A DNA stretch of 64,000 nucleotides from Chloroflexota bacterium. Lineage in GTDB: Bacteria; Chloroflexota; UBA5177. Where the stretch lies: NCBI GenBank assembly GCA_051002135.1, contig JBPCMQ010000060.1:144008-208007 (forward strand), written 5' to 3'. Position numbers and translations under genes: made by a program. Of this stretch, positions 37,765 to 47,631 are shown in pieces (within the stretch, counting starts at the first letter, position 1; each line of letters starts with the position of its first letter). Under the pieces are notes generated by a model that saw only the letters and a program-made list of their open reading frames with translations, ran no database searches and was not told the DNA's origin.

Positions 37765-39024
37765 TCAATTGCTGGGTTTGGCCGACCCACGCAACGCTCG
37801 CCTTGCCAGCGGGTCGACGTGTCTGTCGACTTTGAGCTTTGTTGCCCGCAGGTACGATTTGAAGTCGCCGGCGGCTCTGCTCAGGGCGTCAAGGAGATTC
37901 ATATCGGGCCGAACATTGGCCTCCCACCACCACCGTGAGACGACCCACGTCCTATCCTCTAGCCGAGAGTCGATTCTGCCGATGAAGCGGCCGTCGTACA
38001 GGACCGGCAGGACGTAGTATCCCCACTGACGCTTGGCGGCCGGTTTGTACACCTCCCAGGAATACTTGAAGTCGTACAGCTGCTCGATCGCTTTGCGATC
38101 CCACATCATGCTGTCTAGTGGTGCCAGGATGATGGCCCGAGGCTCGATCGCGGGCCGGTCGAGCAGCTCGATCTCCGACGCCGGCACGTGATACAGGCTC
38201 ATGCCACTCCCCACCCGAATAGGTGTGAGATCACCCTCTTCCACAAGTTGTTCGATGGATCCGAGACGCGTGGCCGCTTCCCCGCACGCGCTCCATATGG
38301 CGGGTTCGGCTGATCGGCGTAGCAGACCGACCGCACGGTGGCGCTGCAGGACGATCCAGCGGTGGAACTCGTCGAGAGATGGCTCCGCGCTCTCCAAATA
38401 CGGGGCCGGAATCACGCGTTCCGGCCGGTCGTAGTAGTGACGCGTCCCCTGACGATGATGTGTGACGACGACACCCCGCAACCACAGCGCACGCAGAATC
38501 CGCTTGATTCGCGTCGGACCGTACCAGGAGTGACCCTCGCCGGCGCGCGAGCGGTCCTCGAACTCGAGGGAAGACAGCGGCCCGCGCGCGTCGATTTCGC
38601 CCAGCGCCGCCTGGACCGCCTCTGGATGGGCATCCAGAACTTCCCGGTCGTGCCATCCGTGATACGACGTTCGAATGGGAGCCCGCTTGGCCCAATGAGC
38701 CGAAGGAACTAGGCACGCCTGCTTATCCCAGGCATCGTACAGAAGCCTCTCCTGATAGGCGGTTTGGTGCCAATCGTCCACGCGGTAGTCGGGCACACGC
38801 GCCTGGAGCACGAGGTCGGGGTTGCATCCCAGAGGCTTCAGCGGGTCGTACTGAATCGTCCCCAGGCGATCGATCACGCCGGCGACGTCGGTCGGCGTGA
38901 AGTGGTATCGCTCGAGAAAGCGGCGAGCCTCTTCAGGAGAGATAGAGAGCGTCACGCGACATGATACGTACGCGCCGTGGGGCTGATGGGGTGACCAAAG
39001 TCTCCGATCACCCAGCCCGCACAT
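37765..39024 (-). CDS. Winged-helix DNA-binding protein of the AlkZ/YcaQ (HTH_42) DNA glycosylase-like family
   Basis: GTIQYDPLKPLG contains the Q-phi-D catalytic-type motif of AlkZ-like proteins. The protein is 419 aa. Confidence 0.7.
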   Translation of the reverse strand: MCGLGDRRLWSPHQPHGAYVSCRVTLSISPEEARRFLERYHFTPTDVAGVIDRLGTIQYDPLKPLGCNPDLVLQARVPDYRVDDWHQTAYQERLLYDAWDKQACLVPSAHWAKRAPIRTSYHGWHDREVLDAHPEAVQAALGEIDARGPLSSLEFEDRSRAGEGHSWYGPTRIKRILRALWLRGVVVTHHRQGTRHYYDRPERVIPAPYLESAEPSLDEFHRWIVLQRHRAVGLLRRSAEPAIWSACGEAATRLGSIEQLVEEGDLTPIRVGSGMSLYHVPASEIELLDRPAIEPRAIILAPLDSMMWDRKAIEQLYDFKYSWEVYKPAAKRQWGYYVLPVLYDGRFIGRIDSRLEDRTWVVSRWWWEANVRPDMNLLDALSRAAGDFKSYLRATKLKVDRHVDPLARRALRGSAKPSN

Positions 39025-39102
39025 TTTGTCTGCGCAGCAGCGAGTTCTCGGTACGTTATGGCATCAGCGCCGTTCTCGAGTCCGCACACCGACGGCGGTT
39101 AT

Positions 39103-39669
39103 CTAATTGGTGGCCACCACCTCGATGGCATTGATCTCCGGGTTGTTCACGACCGTGGTAAAGGCGATGGGAAGGGTGCCGGAGGTCACCTTGACCGTCA
39201 CACTCTTGGTCATGGCATTGAACTTTCCACCAGCTTGTGCATAGACATCAAGTCCGTTGATCGTGACACCGTTGACGCTGACATTGAAGATGCGCTGTCC
39301 CGCCCCTGTGATGACCTTGCTCGTCTCAGCGAAATGCAGATAGACAACGTAGTTGCCATTCGGAACGGCGGTGGAAAACGAGCTCATGCCGTGATGCTCC
39401 GTCTGGTAGAGCGCGGGGTCGGTCGTGTTGGCGATGCTGATCGCGCCTCGGTTGACCTTGGTTCCACCAACAAAACCGCTGTCGGCGCCCCAGATGTCCC
39501 CGATGGAGTCCGTGTACGAAGACGCGCTCCCGGCATCGATCCGCGTGCCTGGCCGGTTGGAAGAATCTCGATGGCGTTGACCTCTGGGTAATTCGCCGCT
39601 GTTCGTGAAGCCCATCGCCACGGCCCCATTGGTCACCTTGACCGTCACAGTCTTGACAAGGGCTCTCAT
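39103..39669 (-). CDS. Malectin-like carbohydrate-binding domain protein (possibly a truncated/rearranged gene)
   Basis: RIFNVSVNGVTINGLDVYAQAGGKFNAMTKSVTVKVTSGTLPIAF...INAIEV matches the malectin pattern. There is no signal peptide. The N-terminal coding DNA is an imperfect copy of the 3' end (see findings). Its ATG overlaps the upstream stop (ATGA). Confidence 0.55.
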   Translation of the reverse strand: MRALVKTVTVKVTNGAVAMGFTNSGELPRGQRHRDSSNRPGTRIDAGSASSYTDSIGDIWGADSGFVGGTKVNRGAISIANTTDPALYQTEHHGMSSFSTAVPNGNYVVYLHFAETSKVITGAGQRIFNVSVNGVTINGLDVYAQAGGKFNAMTKSVTVKVTSGTLPIAFTTVVNNPEINAIEVVATN

Positions 39670-40361
39670 GGCCGGCCAACAGCGTCCTCGCCACGAACCC
39701 TCGGATCACCGTCCTTCTCTACCTCCACATCCTCGCGGCGGACCTCGCCTCCGACGTTCTGGGTCTCCACCACGTCCTTCTTGCGCACACGCAGCACCTC
39801 CGTGACGACGCGCCGCTTCACCAGCTGTTCCTCGACGATCGGGATCTCGATGACGTCGCCCGTGTCCCTGATCTGACCGAATTCGGGCTCGGCTGCTCCC
39901 GTGGAGGATGCAGTAGGCGAAACGAGAGGCTCGTCCCTCTGAGCACTGTTCGTGTCGCCGGCGCCGCCGGAGCCCACGGGAACAGCCGCGGGAACACCTT
40001 CGGCCTCGTCCGCCGATGGCGGGTCGGCCATCCTGGTTGATTCAGACTCTTCCTTGCCGGACGTTTGTCCCGAGTAGTAGGTCTGCACCTCGTCCAGAGT
40101 GTTCGCTTCGATAGTGTCGCCGATGTGGCCATGGTCCGGAGAGTTTTCGATCGTGTCACGGCTGAACGGCAGCTGCAGCCCGTTCTCACCCAGATCCCCA
40201 GCCTCCGCCGGCACGAGACGGTGCTTCGCGAACAAGCTGCCGATCTTTACCTCGACCATCCGGACATTCCCGGTGTCGTCCACGTAGCTGCGCTCGACGT
40301 GCCCAATTTTTTCACCGGCTTCATCCAGGACGCCGGCGCCGTCGTACTCTCGGTTCATCAC
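39666..40361 (-). CDS. PRC-barrel plus DUF2382 (YsnF-like) stress-response protein
   Basis: The N-terminal PRC-barrel-like region is DGAGVLDEAGEKIGHV. The C-terminus IPIVEEQLVKRRVVTEVLRVRKKDVVETQNV...VRREDVEVE is the DUF2382 repeat. Confidence 0.75.
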   Translation of the reverse strand: MMNREYDGAGVLDEAGEKIGHVERSYVDDTGNVRMVEVKIGSLFAKHRLVPAEAGDLGENGLQLPFSRDTIENSPDHGHIGDTIEANTLDEVQTYYSGQTSGKEESESTRMADPPSADEAEGVPAAVPVGSGGAGDTNSAQRDEPLVSPTASSTGAAEPEFGQIRDTGDVIEIPIVEEQLVKRRVVTEVLRVRKKDVVETQNVGGEVRREDVEVEKDGDPRVRGEDAVGRP

Positions 40362-40945
40362 GTGGCTCCTACCGCCCGGTCAATCTTCTTGTGGTAGTGA
40401 ACGCCCATCAGACCGCCCGCGATGGCAGCTACAAACATGACCACGAGCGTCACAGCCAGGGAGATAAGTCCCCTGGACGTGAGCGTCGCGTTGATGTTGA
40501 GGTGAAGCTGACTGGCGACGTTGAAGCGGTCGCCGAGCACACCGCCGATGATGCCGAGGATGATGGCGATGACGACCGTCCAGACCACCACCCCGAGCCC
40601 GTTCTTCGCCCCGTCAAAACGCGCCATTCGTCCGGCCGTGTACCCGCCGATCAGGTACGCGAGGAACAGCGCAATCAGGCCCCCCACCAACCCGCCGATA
40701 CCGAGATTTTGCTGTGTACCCGTCACATGGGCTCCAATCTTGGGAACCGGGGCGCCCAGCTGATACCCGACCGTTCCCACGATGGCCCCGACAATTCCGA
40801 AAAAGACAATGGTAAAAAAGACTGCCACGGCGAAGCCTATGAAATCCGATCCCCACAGGAACCCGCCGAAGCGGTCGCGAAGGTTGCGGTCGCGCTCGGC
40901 CTGGACCGACTTTGCGCTGCGTAACTGTCCCGTCGACTCTGCCAT
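40358..40945 (-). CDS. Hypothetical integral membrane protein
   Basis: Four or more hydrophobic Gly-rich helices are present. It overlaps the downstream gene start by 4 nt. Confidence 0.6.
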   Translation of the reverse strand: MAESTGQLRSAKSVQAERDRNLRDRFGGFLWGSDFIGFAVAVFFTIVFFGIVGAIVGTVGYQLGAPVPKIGAHVTGTQQNLGIGGLVGGLIALFLAYLIGGYTAGRMARFDGAKNGLGVVVWTVVIAIILGIIGGVLGDRFNVASQLHLNINATLTSRGLISLAVTLVVMFVAAIAGGLMGVHYHKKIDRAVGAT

Positions 40946-41030
40946 TTGCGTCCCCTTGACGGCGAAAGGGCGAGCCTCGCGGGCCCACCCTTTCTAACTG
41001 CATCTCTATACGTCCAGAATGCCCTCGGCC

Positions 41031-42038
41031 CTAGCGGTTGTCGTCGCGCCTCACGGCATCCTTTACGCGGTCCACCATGCCCCGGCCCTTGCCGCCCGTG
41101 TCCGATCCGGTGGACGTGTCGTCATAGGCACTGGTTCCGCTCTTTCCGGCGGTCGTGTCATACCCTCCGCTGGAGCGGACGCCGGTGCCCTGCGTGTCGC
41201 CTCCGCCGCGGTTAACTTCGACATCCTCACGCCGGACCTCGTCACCGACGTTCTGAGTCTCGGTCTGCACGTCCTTGTCGACTTTGACCTGGCCCGTGAT
41301 GTGCGCTTCTTTACCGACCACCGCCTCCTCGCGCATCACCGGGACCTCGATAGTCCCTTCCTGAAAGGCGTCCTCGGGCACGGAGACGCCTGATGCGTCA
41401 ACGCGCTCGATCTCGACCTCTTCTCGCCGCAGCTCGATCGGCTCGGTCACGCGCTCGGTCCGGATGACCTTGCGGAGGCGGATGCGGTCGCCCTCGACCT
41501 GACGCTTCCCAACCTGGAGCTCCTCTCCAGAAAGCACAAGATTCTGATCCGCCGTGTCGAGATCAGAAGCCGCGGCCGCGTCGTCGCGCTGCGAGGTATC
41601 CGTGCCGTAGTCACGGCGGGTGGTGCCCGTGTCGTACGCGTTGGTTGTCGCGTCCGTCCCATAGCCACCCGTGGCTGCCGCCGCCCCGGCGCCCTCAGCC
41701 AATCCTGTTGGGCTAGAGCTGCTGCTTCTGTCCATTCCGTAATAGCCGTATATCTGGTCCTCGTCCTCGGGGCTCAGCTCATCATCGGTGCCGAATGTGG
41801 GGGCGCCTTGCACCTGAGCTTTCGAAAACGGGATCTGAATCGTGCCCTCGCCCATTTGAGCGTTCTCGGTCGGGATCAAGTGGGTCTTGCCCATGATGAA
41901 GCCCGTCTTCACTCCCACGAACTCCAGCTGGCTCGTGGCGTCATCCACCCACACGCCGTCCACGTCGCCGATCTTTCCGCCGTCATGGTCGAGCACGTCA
42001 TAGCCGTAGAGCTGGTCGGGGGCTGCGTTGGTATTCAT
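41031..42038 (-). CDS. PRC-barrel plus tandem DUF2382 (YsnF-like) stress-response protein, paralogous to 39666..40361
   Basis: YGYDVLDHDGGKIGDV is the PRC region. Two copies of the EVRREDVEV-type DUF2382 motif are present. The start was taken at the internal ATG (MNTNAAPDQ). Confidence 0.75.
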   Translation of the reverse strand: MNTNAAPDQLYGYDVLDHDGGKIGDVDGVWVDDATSQLEFVGVKTGFIMGKTHLIPTENAQMGEGTIQIPFSKAQVQGAPTFGTDDELSPEDEDQIYGYYGMDRSSSSSPTGLAEGAGAAAATGGYGTDATTNAYDTGTTRRDYGTDTSQRDDAAAASDLDTADQNLVLSGEELQVGKRQVEGDRIRLRKVIRTERVTEPIELRREEVEIERVDASGVSVPEDAFQEGTIEVPVMREEAVVGKEAHITGQVKVDKDVQTETQNVGDEVRREDVEVNRGGGDTQGTGVRSSGGYDTTAGKSGTSAYDDTSTGSDTGGKGRGMVDRVKDAVRRDDNR

Positions 42039-42266
42039 GAGAGTCCCTTTCGCCTCCTTGTCAGTGAGTCCATTGCCATTCCTGGGGAGCCGTCTCAAAA
42101 TATGGCGACATCCTTCCACGTTGACAACGGTGCAGGATGCATGCCACAGACGGTCGCACGAGGAGGCGGTGAAGCGTCGGGTCATGCTCAGTGCGCATAA
42201 TTCGGTCATCGGGAAGCACGTTTCCGGACTGCTTCGCCCACGTGCGCGCTGGTCGCGGACAGAACG

Positions 42267-42288
42267 GGCCTGAAGGCCCGGAGCTACG
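42267..42288. repeat. REP-like palindromic element, copy 3 (inverted orientation): GGCCTGAAGGCCCGGAGCTACG
   Basis: It is the reverse complement of the CCGTAGC..GGCCTTCAGGCC motif. It is followed by a 15-bp direct repeat GAGCTACGAGAGTGA x2 (42281-42311). Confidence 0.6.
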
Positions 42289-42320
42289 AGAGTGATGAGC
42301 TACGAGAGTGAGACAGGACG

Positions 42321-42343
42321 GGTCTGAAGGCCCGGAGCTATGG
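42321..42343. repeat. REP-like palindromic element, copy 4 (inverted orientation): GGTCTGAAGGCCCGGAGCTATGG
   Basis: It is a degenerate copy 54 bp from copy 3, in the divergent intergenic region. Confidence 0.55.
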
Positions 42344-42376
42344 GCGTGAACGCCTCGTCGATAAAGGAGACATGAG

Positions 42377-43768
42377 TTGCGTGAGACGAATGGGCAGTTG
42401 CTGCGGGATGCTGTGGACTATGTGGACCGATGGCTCGCGTACCAGCAAAAGCTGAAGGAGATCCCGGCACTTACAGTGGCCGTTCGGCACGGTGATGACG
42501 TGATCCTGTCGAAGGCGTATGGACACGCCAATCTAGAGCGATGTGCTCCTGTGACGCCCGAGAGTATCTTTCGTGTGGCGTCCCACTCGAAATGGTTCAC
42601 GGCGACCGCAGTCATGCAGTTGAAGGAGCAGGGCAAACTGCGTCTGGACGATCCGCTGCCGCAGTACGTCACCTGGCTGAGCGGCCCGCTCGCAAGCGCC
42701 ACCATCCGGCAGGTGCTCAATCATGCAGCCGGGATCACGCGGGACGGCTATGACAACGACCACTGGCAGCTGGAGCATCCCTTCCCCGACAAGGAGCAGC
42801 TGCGCGCTCTGGTCGAAGACGGCGGTGAGATCTTGCCGTCCAATCACAAGCTGAAGTACTCCAACATTGGCTACTCGCTCCTCGGGGAAGTCGTGGAAAT
42901 CGCCGGTGGCATGCCGTACAACCACTACGTCAAGAAGAACATCGTAGACCGGCTGGGACTGAAGAGTACCGGTCCGGACACGACCCCGGAAGTCCGGTCA
43001 CGCATGGCCACCGGTTATACCTCTCGCGGCCTGCTCATGCCGCGCATCCCGCTCCCCGACGTGGAGACGGGTGCGATGTCATCGGCCACGGGGTTTTACT
43101 CCACAGCCCTCGACCTGTCCCGCTTCGCCGGCGCACACTTCTTCGGCAACGATGAGCTGATCAGCGACGAGTCCAAGCGTGAGATGCAACGCCCCTACTG
43201 GCCGGTAGACGGAATGGACAGCTATGGCCTCGGCATGCAGGTTATCAAGATCGGTGACCGCTGGATGTCGGGACACAGCGGGAGCTTCCCGGGTCACAGT
43301 ACCCGCACCTGCCTGGACCCCGAGGGCAGGCTGGCGGTATCCATCCTGACCAACGAGTCATCCGGCGTGACGACCGAATTGACGAAGTCCGTTGTCAAGC
43401 TGATCGATCTCGCGCTGAAACAGAAACCGAGCGAGCGTGGGGCGGACCGAGGTCACTATACGGGCCGCTTCACCAGCCTGTGGGGATACACCGATATTGT
43501 CCGTCTGGGGGAGCAGCTGTTCACGATCGAGCCGGCAGTGGATGACCCGGCTACCATGGCATTCAAGCTCGAGGTGCTGGACGAGAACACGTTGAAGATC
43601 GAGGAGAAGGAGGGCTACGGCTCTCCCGGAGAGACCGTCCGGTACGTGCGCCACGAGGACGGGAGCATCATCACCATCACCCTGGCGGGAAGCACGCAGT
43701 ACCCCTTGGGAACGGCGCAGGACTACCTGCAGCGGCGCCGCGAGGAGCTGACGGCACCAAAGATGTGA
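42377..43768 (+). CDS. Serine hydrolase of the beta-lactamase/PBP4-like (class C) family
   Basis: FRVASHSKWFTATAVMQL contains the SxxK active site. The protein is 463 aa. Confidence 0.85.
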   Translation: MRETNGQLLRDAVDYVDRWLAYQQKLKEIPALTVAVRHGDDVILSKAYGHANLERCAPVTPESIFRVASHSKWFTATAVMQLKEQGKLRLDDPLPQYVTWLSGPLASATIRQVLNHAAGITRDGYDNDHWQLEHPFPDKEQLRALVEDGGEILPSNHKLKYSNIGYSLLGEVVEIAGGMPYNHYVKKNIVDRLGLKSTGPDTTPEVRSRMATGYTSRGLLMPRIPLPDVETGAMSSATGFYSTALDLSRFAGAHFFGNDELISDESKREMQRPYWPVDGMDSYGLGMQVIKIGDRWMSGHSGSFPGHSTRTCLDPEGRLAVSILTNESSGVTTELTKSVVKLIDLALKQKPSERGADRGHYTGRFTSLWGYTDIVRLGEQLFTIEPAVDDPATMAFKLEVLDENTLKIEEKEGYGSPGETVRYVRHEDGSIITITLAGSTQYPLGTAQDYLQRRREELTAPKM

Positions 43769-43848
43769 ATTTTCGCATCCGCTGGCACGGAAGCTGCATT
43801 ATTGACGGGTCGTATTTGGCCTTTTACATTCGCAGGAGGACAGAGGGT

Positions 43849-44391
43849 ATGAAAAGAACATTGCTCATGGTGAGCTTGTCGGTTGCGTTGCTGGCCGGCC
43901 TTGTGGCGCCGTCATTCACGGGCCAGGCACAGGCGGCGGCCCCGCAAGCGCGGACCGCGGCGCACGCGCAATCTCACGCGCAGATCTTCAATCGGACGCG
44001 TTTCCTCTTTGACATGGGGGTGGCATATTACGCGTTCCATCACTTCGTCTACAAGCCCTGGAAGGCCGGCGATTTTAAGAAGGGAACCTCGCACCGAACG
44101 CGGCACATCGTGGAGGCCGGCGCCGCGCTGCTCTTCACCTACGATCGCCTGAATGCGGCTCTCAAGGCTGCCAACACCAGCAATAGCCACGTGCTGCATG
44201 TTCTGGCGAAGCCCCTGAACGTACTTTCGACGAAGGCAAAGTCGATAGCGAACAAGCTGCGCGGCGGGAATTTCAGCGATGGCGAGATCAGCCAGCTGAC
44301 GAGCTCCACCAACTCGTTCGGGAAGCAGGCTGCTAGTTCTGGATACGGGTTCTCGGACATCGGAAAGGGTGTTCCCGGCTTCGGGTCGTAA
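43849..44391 (+). CDS. Hypothetical secreted protein
   Basis: The start was taken at the internal ATG, giving MKRTLLMVSLSVALLAGLVAPSFTGQAQA as the signal peptide. Confidence 0.55.
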   Translation: MKRTLLMVSLSVALLAGLVAPSFTGQAQAAAPQARTAAHAQSHAQIFNRTRFLFDMGVAYYAFHHFVYKPWKAGDFKKGTSHRTRHIVEAGAALLFTYDRLNAALKAANTSNSHVLHVLAKPLNVLSTKAKSIANKLRGGNFSDGEISQLTSSTNSFGKQAASSGYGFSDIGKGVPGFGS

Positions 44392-44706
44392 ATCGGGATA
44401 GGACATTGATCTACACGCGGGGTGCTGGCCTTTTGACCGGCACCCTTCGCAATTTCTCCCCTTCGACGCGCGTCTCCGACGGTGGCCCCGGCCACCGAGT
44501 AATCGTCCTCTGCCGCAACTCTCCCGTCCGGGTGGGATGCATTGCGAGACAACGAATCAGCCTTCGGTCAGATTTGCGAGTCAATGCGATCGGGCACTTG
44601 ACAGACATGGTATGGTAGTAGCACGGAAGGTGTGAGCGCGGGCGGTCGCCGATCGTCTCGCCGCGATCAGCCAACGGTGAACCCGGTCTGGTGGGTATGG
44701 GTTTGA

Positions 44707-45150
44707 GTGCTCTTTGACCCACGCCTGAGGTGGCGCACCCATGATCCGCTCTCCACGCTATATCCTGACCAGCCTCGTAGCGTTTTCGACTCGGCTCACG
44801 GCGGTCAGCGTCCGGACCCGAGTACGTACTTCGTCAACCTGTGCTCGGCAGAGCAGGCCATCTGTTTGCATCTCACTCCCAACTCGGTGGCCCTCGGGGC
44901 TACGGTCACCGGCGAGTTCCAGGACCAGCAGTGCCCAAACGGCTCCGAGGACTCCGTCGACACCGCCGCCGCGGACGGCAGCTCGCGTGACCTGGGGACC
45001 GCCAGTTTGGACGATCACGGCGCAGTTGGCGGAACGATCCCCACGGCCGGCTTTGCCCTTGGGACTCACACCGTCGTGGTAACTGACTCATGCGGCCACT
45101 GTCTGGCGAGGCAGCCGCGTCCGTCAGATGACAGTCCACGCTCGCCTTAG
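44707..45150 (+). CDS. Hypothetical protein (weak call)
   Basis: It is acidic and Cys-containing. A competing overlapping ORF 44741..45082 looks less protein-like. Confidence 0.3.
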   Translation: MLFDPRLRWRTHDPLSTLYPDQPRSVFDSAHGGQRPDPSTYFVNLCSAEQAICLHLTPNSVALGATVTGEFQDQQCPNGSEDSVDTAAADGSSRDLGTASLDDHGAVGGTIPTAGFALGTHTVVVTDSCGHCLARQPRPSDDSPRSP

Positions 45151-45163
45151 ATTGACTGGGCGT

Positions 45164-45472
45164 CTAGCCGTACTTCTGGGCCGCCTGCTGGAGCGCAGCG
45201 GAGCCTTTCGCGAGATCCTCCGGGAGCATGACCGGATGAATCTTTACGGTGGCGCCCGCAAAGAAGAACGGCTCAGCCACAGCGGGAATCTGGGAGGCGT
45301 CGTCCAGATTAACGACAAAGTAGCCCCCTCTTGCCCCGTCCATCTCGGACAGATAGGCGGCCTCCGGCTTCACGTCGCTCATGATCGACTGCAGCATCTG
45401 CTCGAACTTACCGGCCTTGATCAGCTCGTTGGCCTTTTCCGTCGGAAGTCGAACTTCGAGTATGAAGCCCAT
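45164..45472 (-). CDS. Small hypothetical protein (102 aa)
   Basis: A well-formed ORF with balanced composition; no family was recognised. Confidence 0.5.
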   Translation of the reverse strand: MGFILEVRLPTEKANELIKAGKFEQMLQSIMSDVKPEAAYLSEMDGARGGYFVVNLDDASQIPAVAEPFFFAGATVKIHPVMLPEDLAKGSAALQQAAQKYG

Positions 45473-45673
45473 CTTGTCGTCCTTTCCGTTGTGACAGCGA
45501 ATAGACGTCTGGTCTTCCAGCGTATTATGCGCGAGGCACGCTTTCTGAGGCCGCTACATCCGGCGTCCCATCCGGATGTGAGTCATCTGCCGCGGCTGAA
45601 CGTTGCCTGGACGCGTCGCGGCGCCGTGCCACTGGCAGATGTGTTCCGGAGCCCAGGACGATGGAGCTATCGC

Positions 45674-47524
45674 TTAGCCGGCCCTCTTCTTGTTCCTGCC
45701 GCGCTGCTCGTGGCTCAGGACGCGCTTTCGCAGACGTAGGCTCTGCGGTGTGACCTCGAGCAGCTCGTCATCCTGGAGGAAGTCGAGCGACTGCTCCAGG
45801 CTCAGGGTCACCGAGGGTGTCAGGCGGACGAGGATGTCGGATGTCGACGCCCGCACGTTTGTCTTCTTTTTGTCCTTACTGACGTTGATCACGATATCGT
45901 CGCCACGAGCGTTCAGGCCCACGATCATGGCGCCGTATACGGGTGTTCCGGGCTCGACGAATGTCGTTCCCCGGTCCTGAGCGTTGGCAAGCCCGTAGGA
46001 GACGGCAGTCCCTTCCTCGAGGGCAACTAGAGCGCCCATGCGGTAGCTCGAGATGTCGCCGGCCCACGGACGGTATCCCAGAGCGATGCTGTTCATCACG
46101 CCGTTGCCGCGCGTCGCAGTCAAGAATTCGTTGCGAAATCCAATCAAGCCGCGTGTTGGGATGGTGTACTCGATACGCACATCTCCTTTGGGCCCGGTGA
46201 CGATATCGATCATTGAGCCCTTTCGGGCCGGAAGGGCCTGGGTTACGAAGCCCATGTAGTCGTCGGTGGTATCGATGACGAGATGCTCAAATGGCTCGTG
46301 AACCTTGCCGTCCACGATGTGCGTGATGGCTTCCGGACGAGACACCTCGAACTCATAACCCTCTCGACGCATCGTTTCAATCAAGATCGCCAGATGCAGC
46401 TCGCCCCGCCCCGAGACAAGGAACGCGTCGGCCCGGTCCATGTCGTCGACGCGCAGCGCAACGTTGGTCTGGAGCTCGCGATACAGCCGCTCGCGGAGCT
46501 GCCGGGAGGTGCCCATCGTGCCTTCTCGCCCCGCAAATGGAGACGTGTTGACGCCCACGGTCATGCGGACCGTCGGCTCCTCCACCTCAATCACCGGCAG
46601 GGGCTCAGGACATTCAGCAGCGGCCACGGTCTCGCCGATCGTCGCGTCTTCGATTCCGGTAAGCGCAACGATTTCTCCGGCGACCGCGCGGTCGACCGGC
46701 AGCTGTCGGAGTCCCGCGAACGTATGGACGGACACGACCTTTGTCTGACGAACTGAACCCAGGCGTCCGATTATACTGACGTTTTGTCCCGCTTCCACGG
46801 CGCCGCGTACGATGCGACCGATGGCGATCCTACCCTGGTATGAGTCGTAACCCAGGGTGGTGACGAGCATCTGCAGCGGCCCCTCCTCTATCGCGGGAGC
46901 GGGTACGGTATCGACGATGGCCTGAAACAGCAGATGCAGGTCCGTCTGTGGCTCATCCAGGTGGGTCATGGCAACTCCCTGTTTCGCTACCGAAAACAGG
47001 ACGGGAAATTCCAGCTGATCCGACTCCGTGGCGAGGTCCAGAAAGAGATCCTGCGTCTGCCGCAGCACCAGGTCGACTCGAGCGTTCGGCCGGTCGACCT
47101 TGTTGATGACCACGATCGGCCGTAGGCCGATCTCCATTGCTTTGCGCAGCACGAAGCGCGTCTGTGGCATCGGACCTTCCGCGGCGTCGATGAGCAGTAA
47201 GCATCCGTCGGCCATGTTGAGAACTCGCTCCACCTCACCGCCGAAGTCGGCGTGACCGGGAGTGTCAATAATGTTGATCTTCACGCCACGGTAATTCACC
47301 GCCGTATTCTTGGCCAGGATGGTGATGCCCTTTTCGCGTTCGAGCTCGTTCGAGTCCATGATGAGGGAGCCCACGTCCTCGTGCTGGCGAAAGACGTTGC
47401 TCTGTTTCAACATCCCGTCCACGAGGGTCGTCTTGCCGTGATCCACGTGCGCAATGATCGCCACGTTGCGAATCGATTCGTTGGTCCGAGTCACTCTAGC
47501 CTCGCAAAAAAGGCAACTCGGCAC
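45674..47524 (-). CDS. typA: Translational GTPase BipA/TypA
   Basis: G1 to G4 motifs [27 protein letters not shown] and NKVD are present. It has the EF-G-like domain order and is 616 aa. The true start is probably a few codons inside the ORF. Confidence 0.9.
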   Translation of the reverse strand: MPSCLFCEARVTRTNESIRNVAIIAHVDHGKTTLVDGMLKQSNVFRQHEDVGSLIMDSNELEREKGITILAKNTAVNYRGVKINIIDTPGHADFGGEVERVLNMADGCLLLIDAAEGPMPQTRFVLRKAMEIGLRPIVVINKVDRPNARVDLVLRQTQDLFLDLATESDQLEFPVLFSVAKQGVAMTHLDEPQTDLHLLFQAIVDTVPAPAIEEGPLQMLVTTLGYDSYQGRIAIGRIVRGAVEAGQNVSIIGRLGSVRQTKVVSVHTFAGLRQLPVDRAVAGEIVALTGIEDATIGETVAAAECPEPLPVIEVEEPTVRMTVGVNTSPFAGREGTMGTSRQLRERLYRELQTNVALRVDDMDRADAFLVSGRGELHLAILIETMRREGYEFEVSRPEAITHIVDGKVHEPFEHLVIDTTDDYMGFVTQALPARKGSMIDIVTGPKGDVRIEYTIPTRGLIGFRNEFLTATRGNGVMNSIALGYRPWAGDISSYRMGALVALEEGTAVSYGLANAQDRGTTFVEPGTPVYGAMIVGLNARGDDIVINVSKDKKKTNVRASTSDILVRLTPSVTLSLEQSLDFLQDDELLEVTPQSLRLRKRVLSHEQRGRNKKRAG

Positions 47525-47631
47525 GCGAGTCGCCCTATCACATCGTATTACTATATAAAGTATAGCAGGAATGGGCTAGGAGCGCACCTAGTGCGATAAG
47601 GTGGAGATAGGAATAGAGCAGGGGTGAACGG

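Noticed and set aside
40391-40924. 177-aa + ORF
   Set aside because: It is antisense to the well-formed multi-helix membrane protein gene 40358..40945.
45551-45579. 8-bp inverted repeat ACATCCGG...CCGGATGT downstream of typA
   Set aside because: There is no U-tract on the transcribed strand and it is ~95 nt from the stop. It is noted but not called a terminator.
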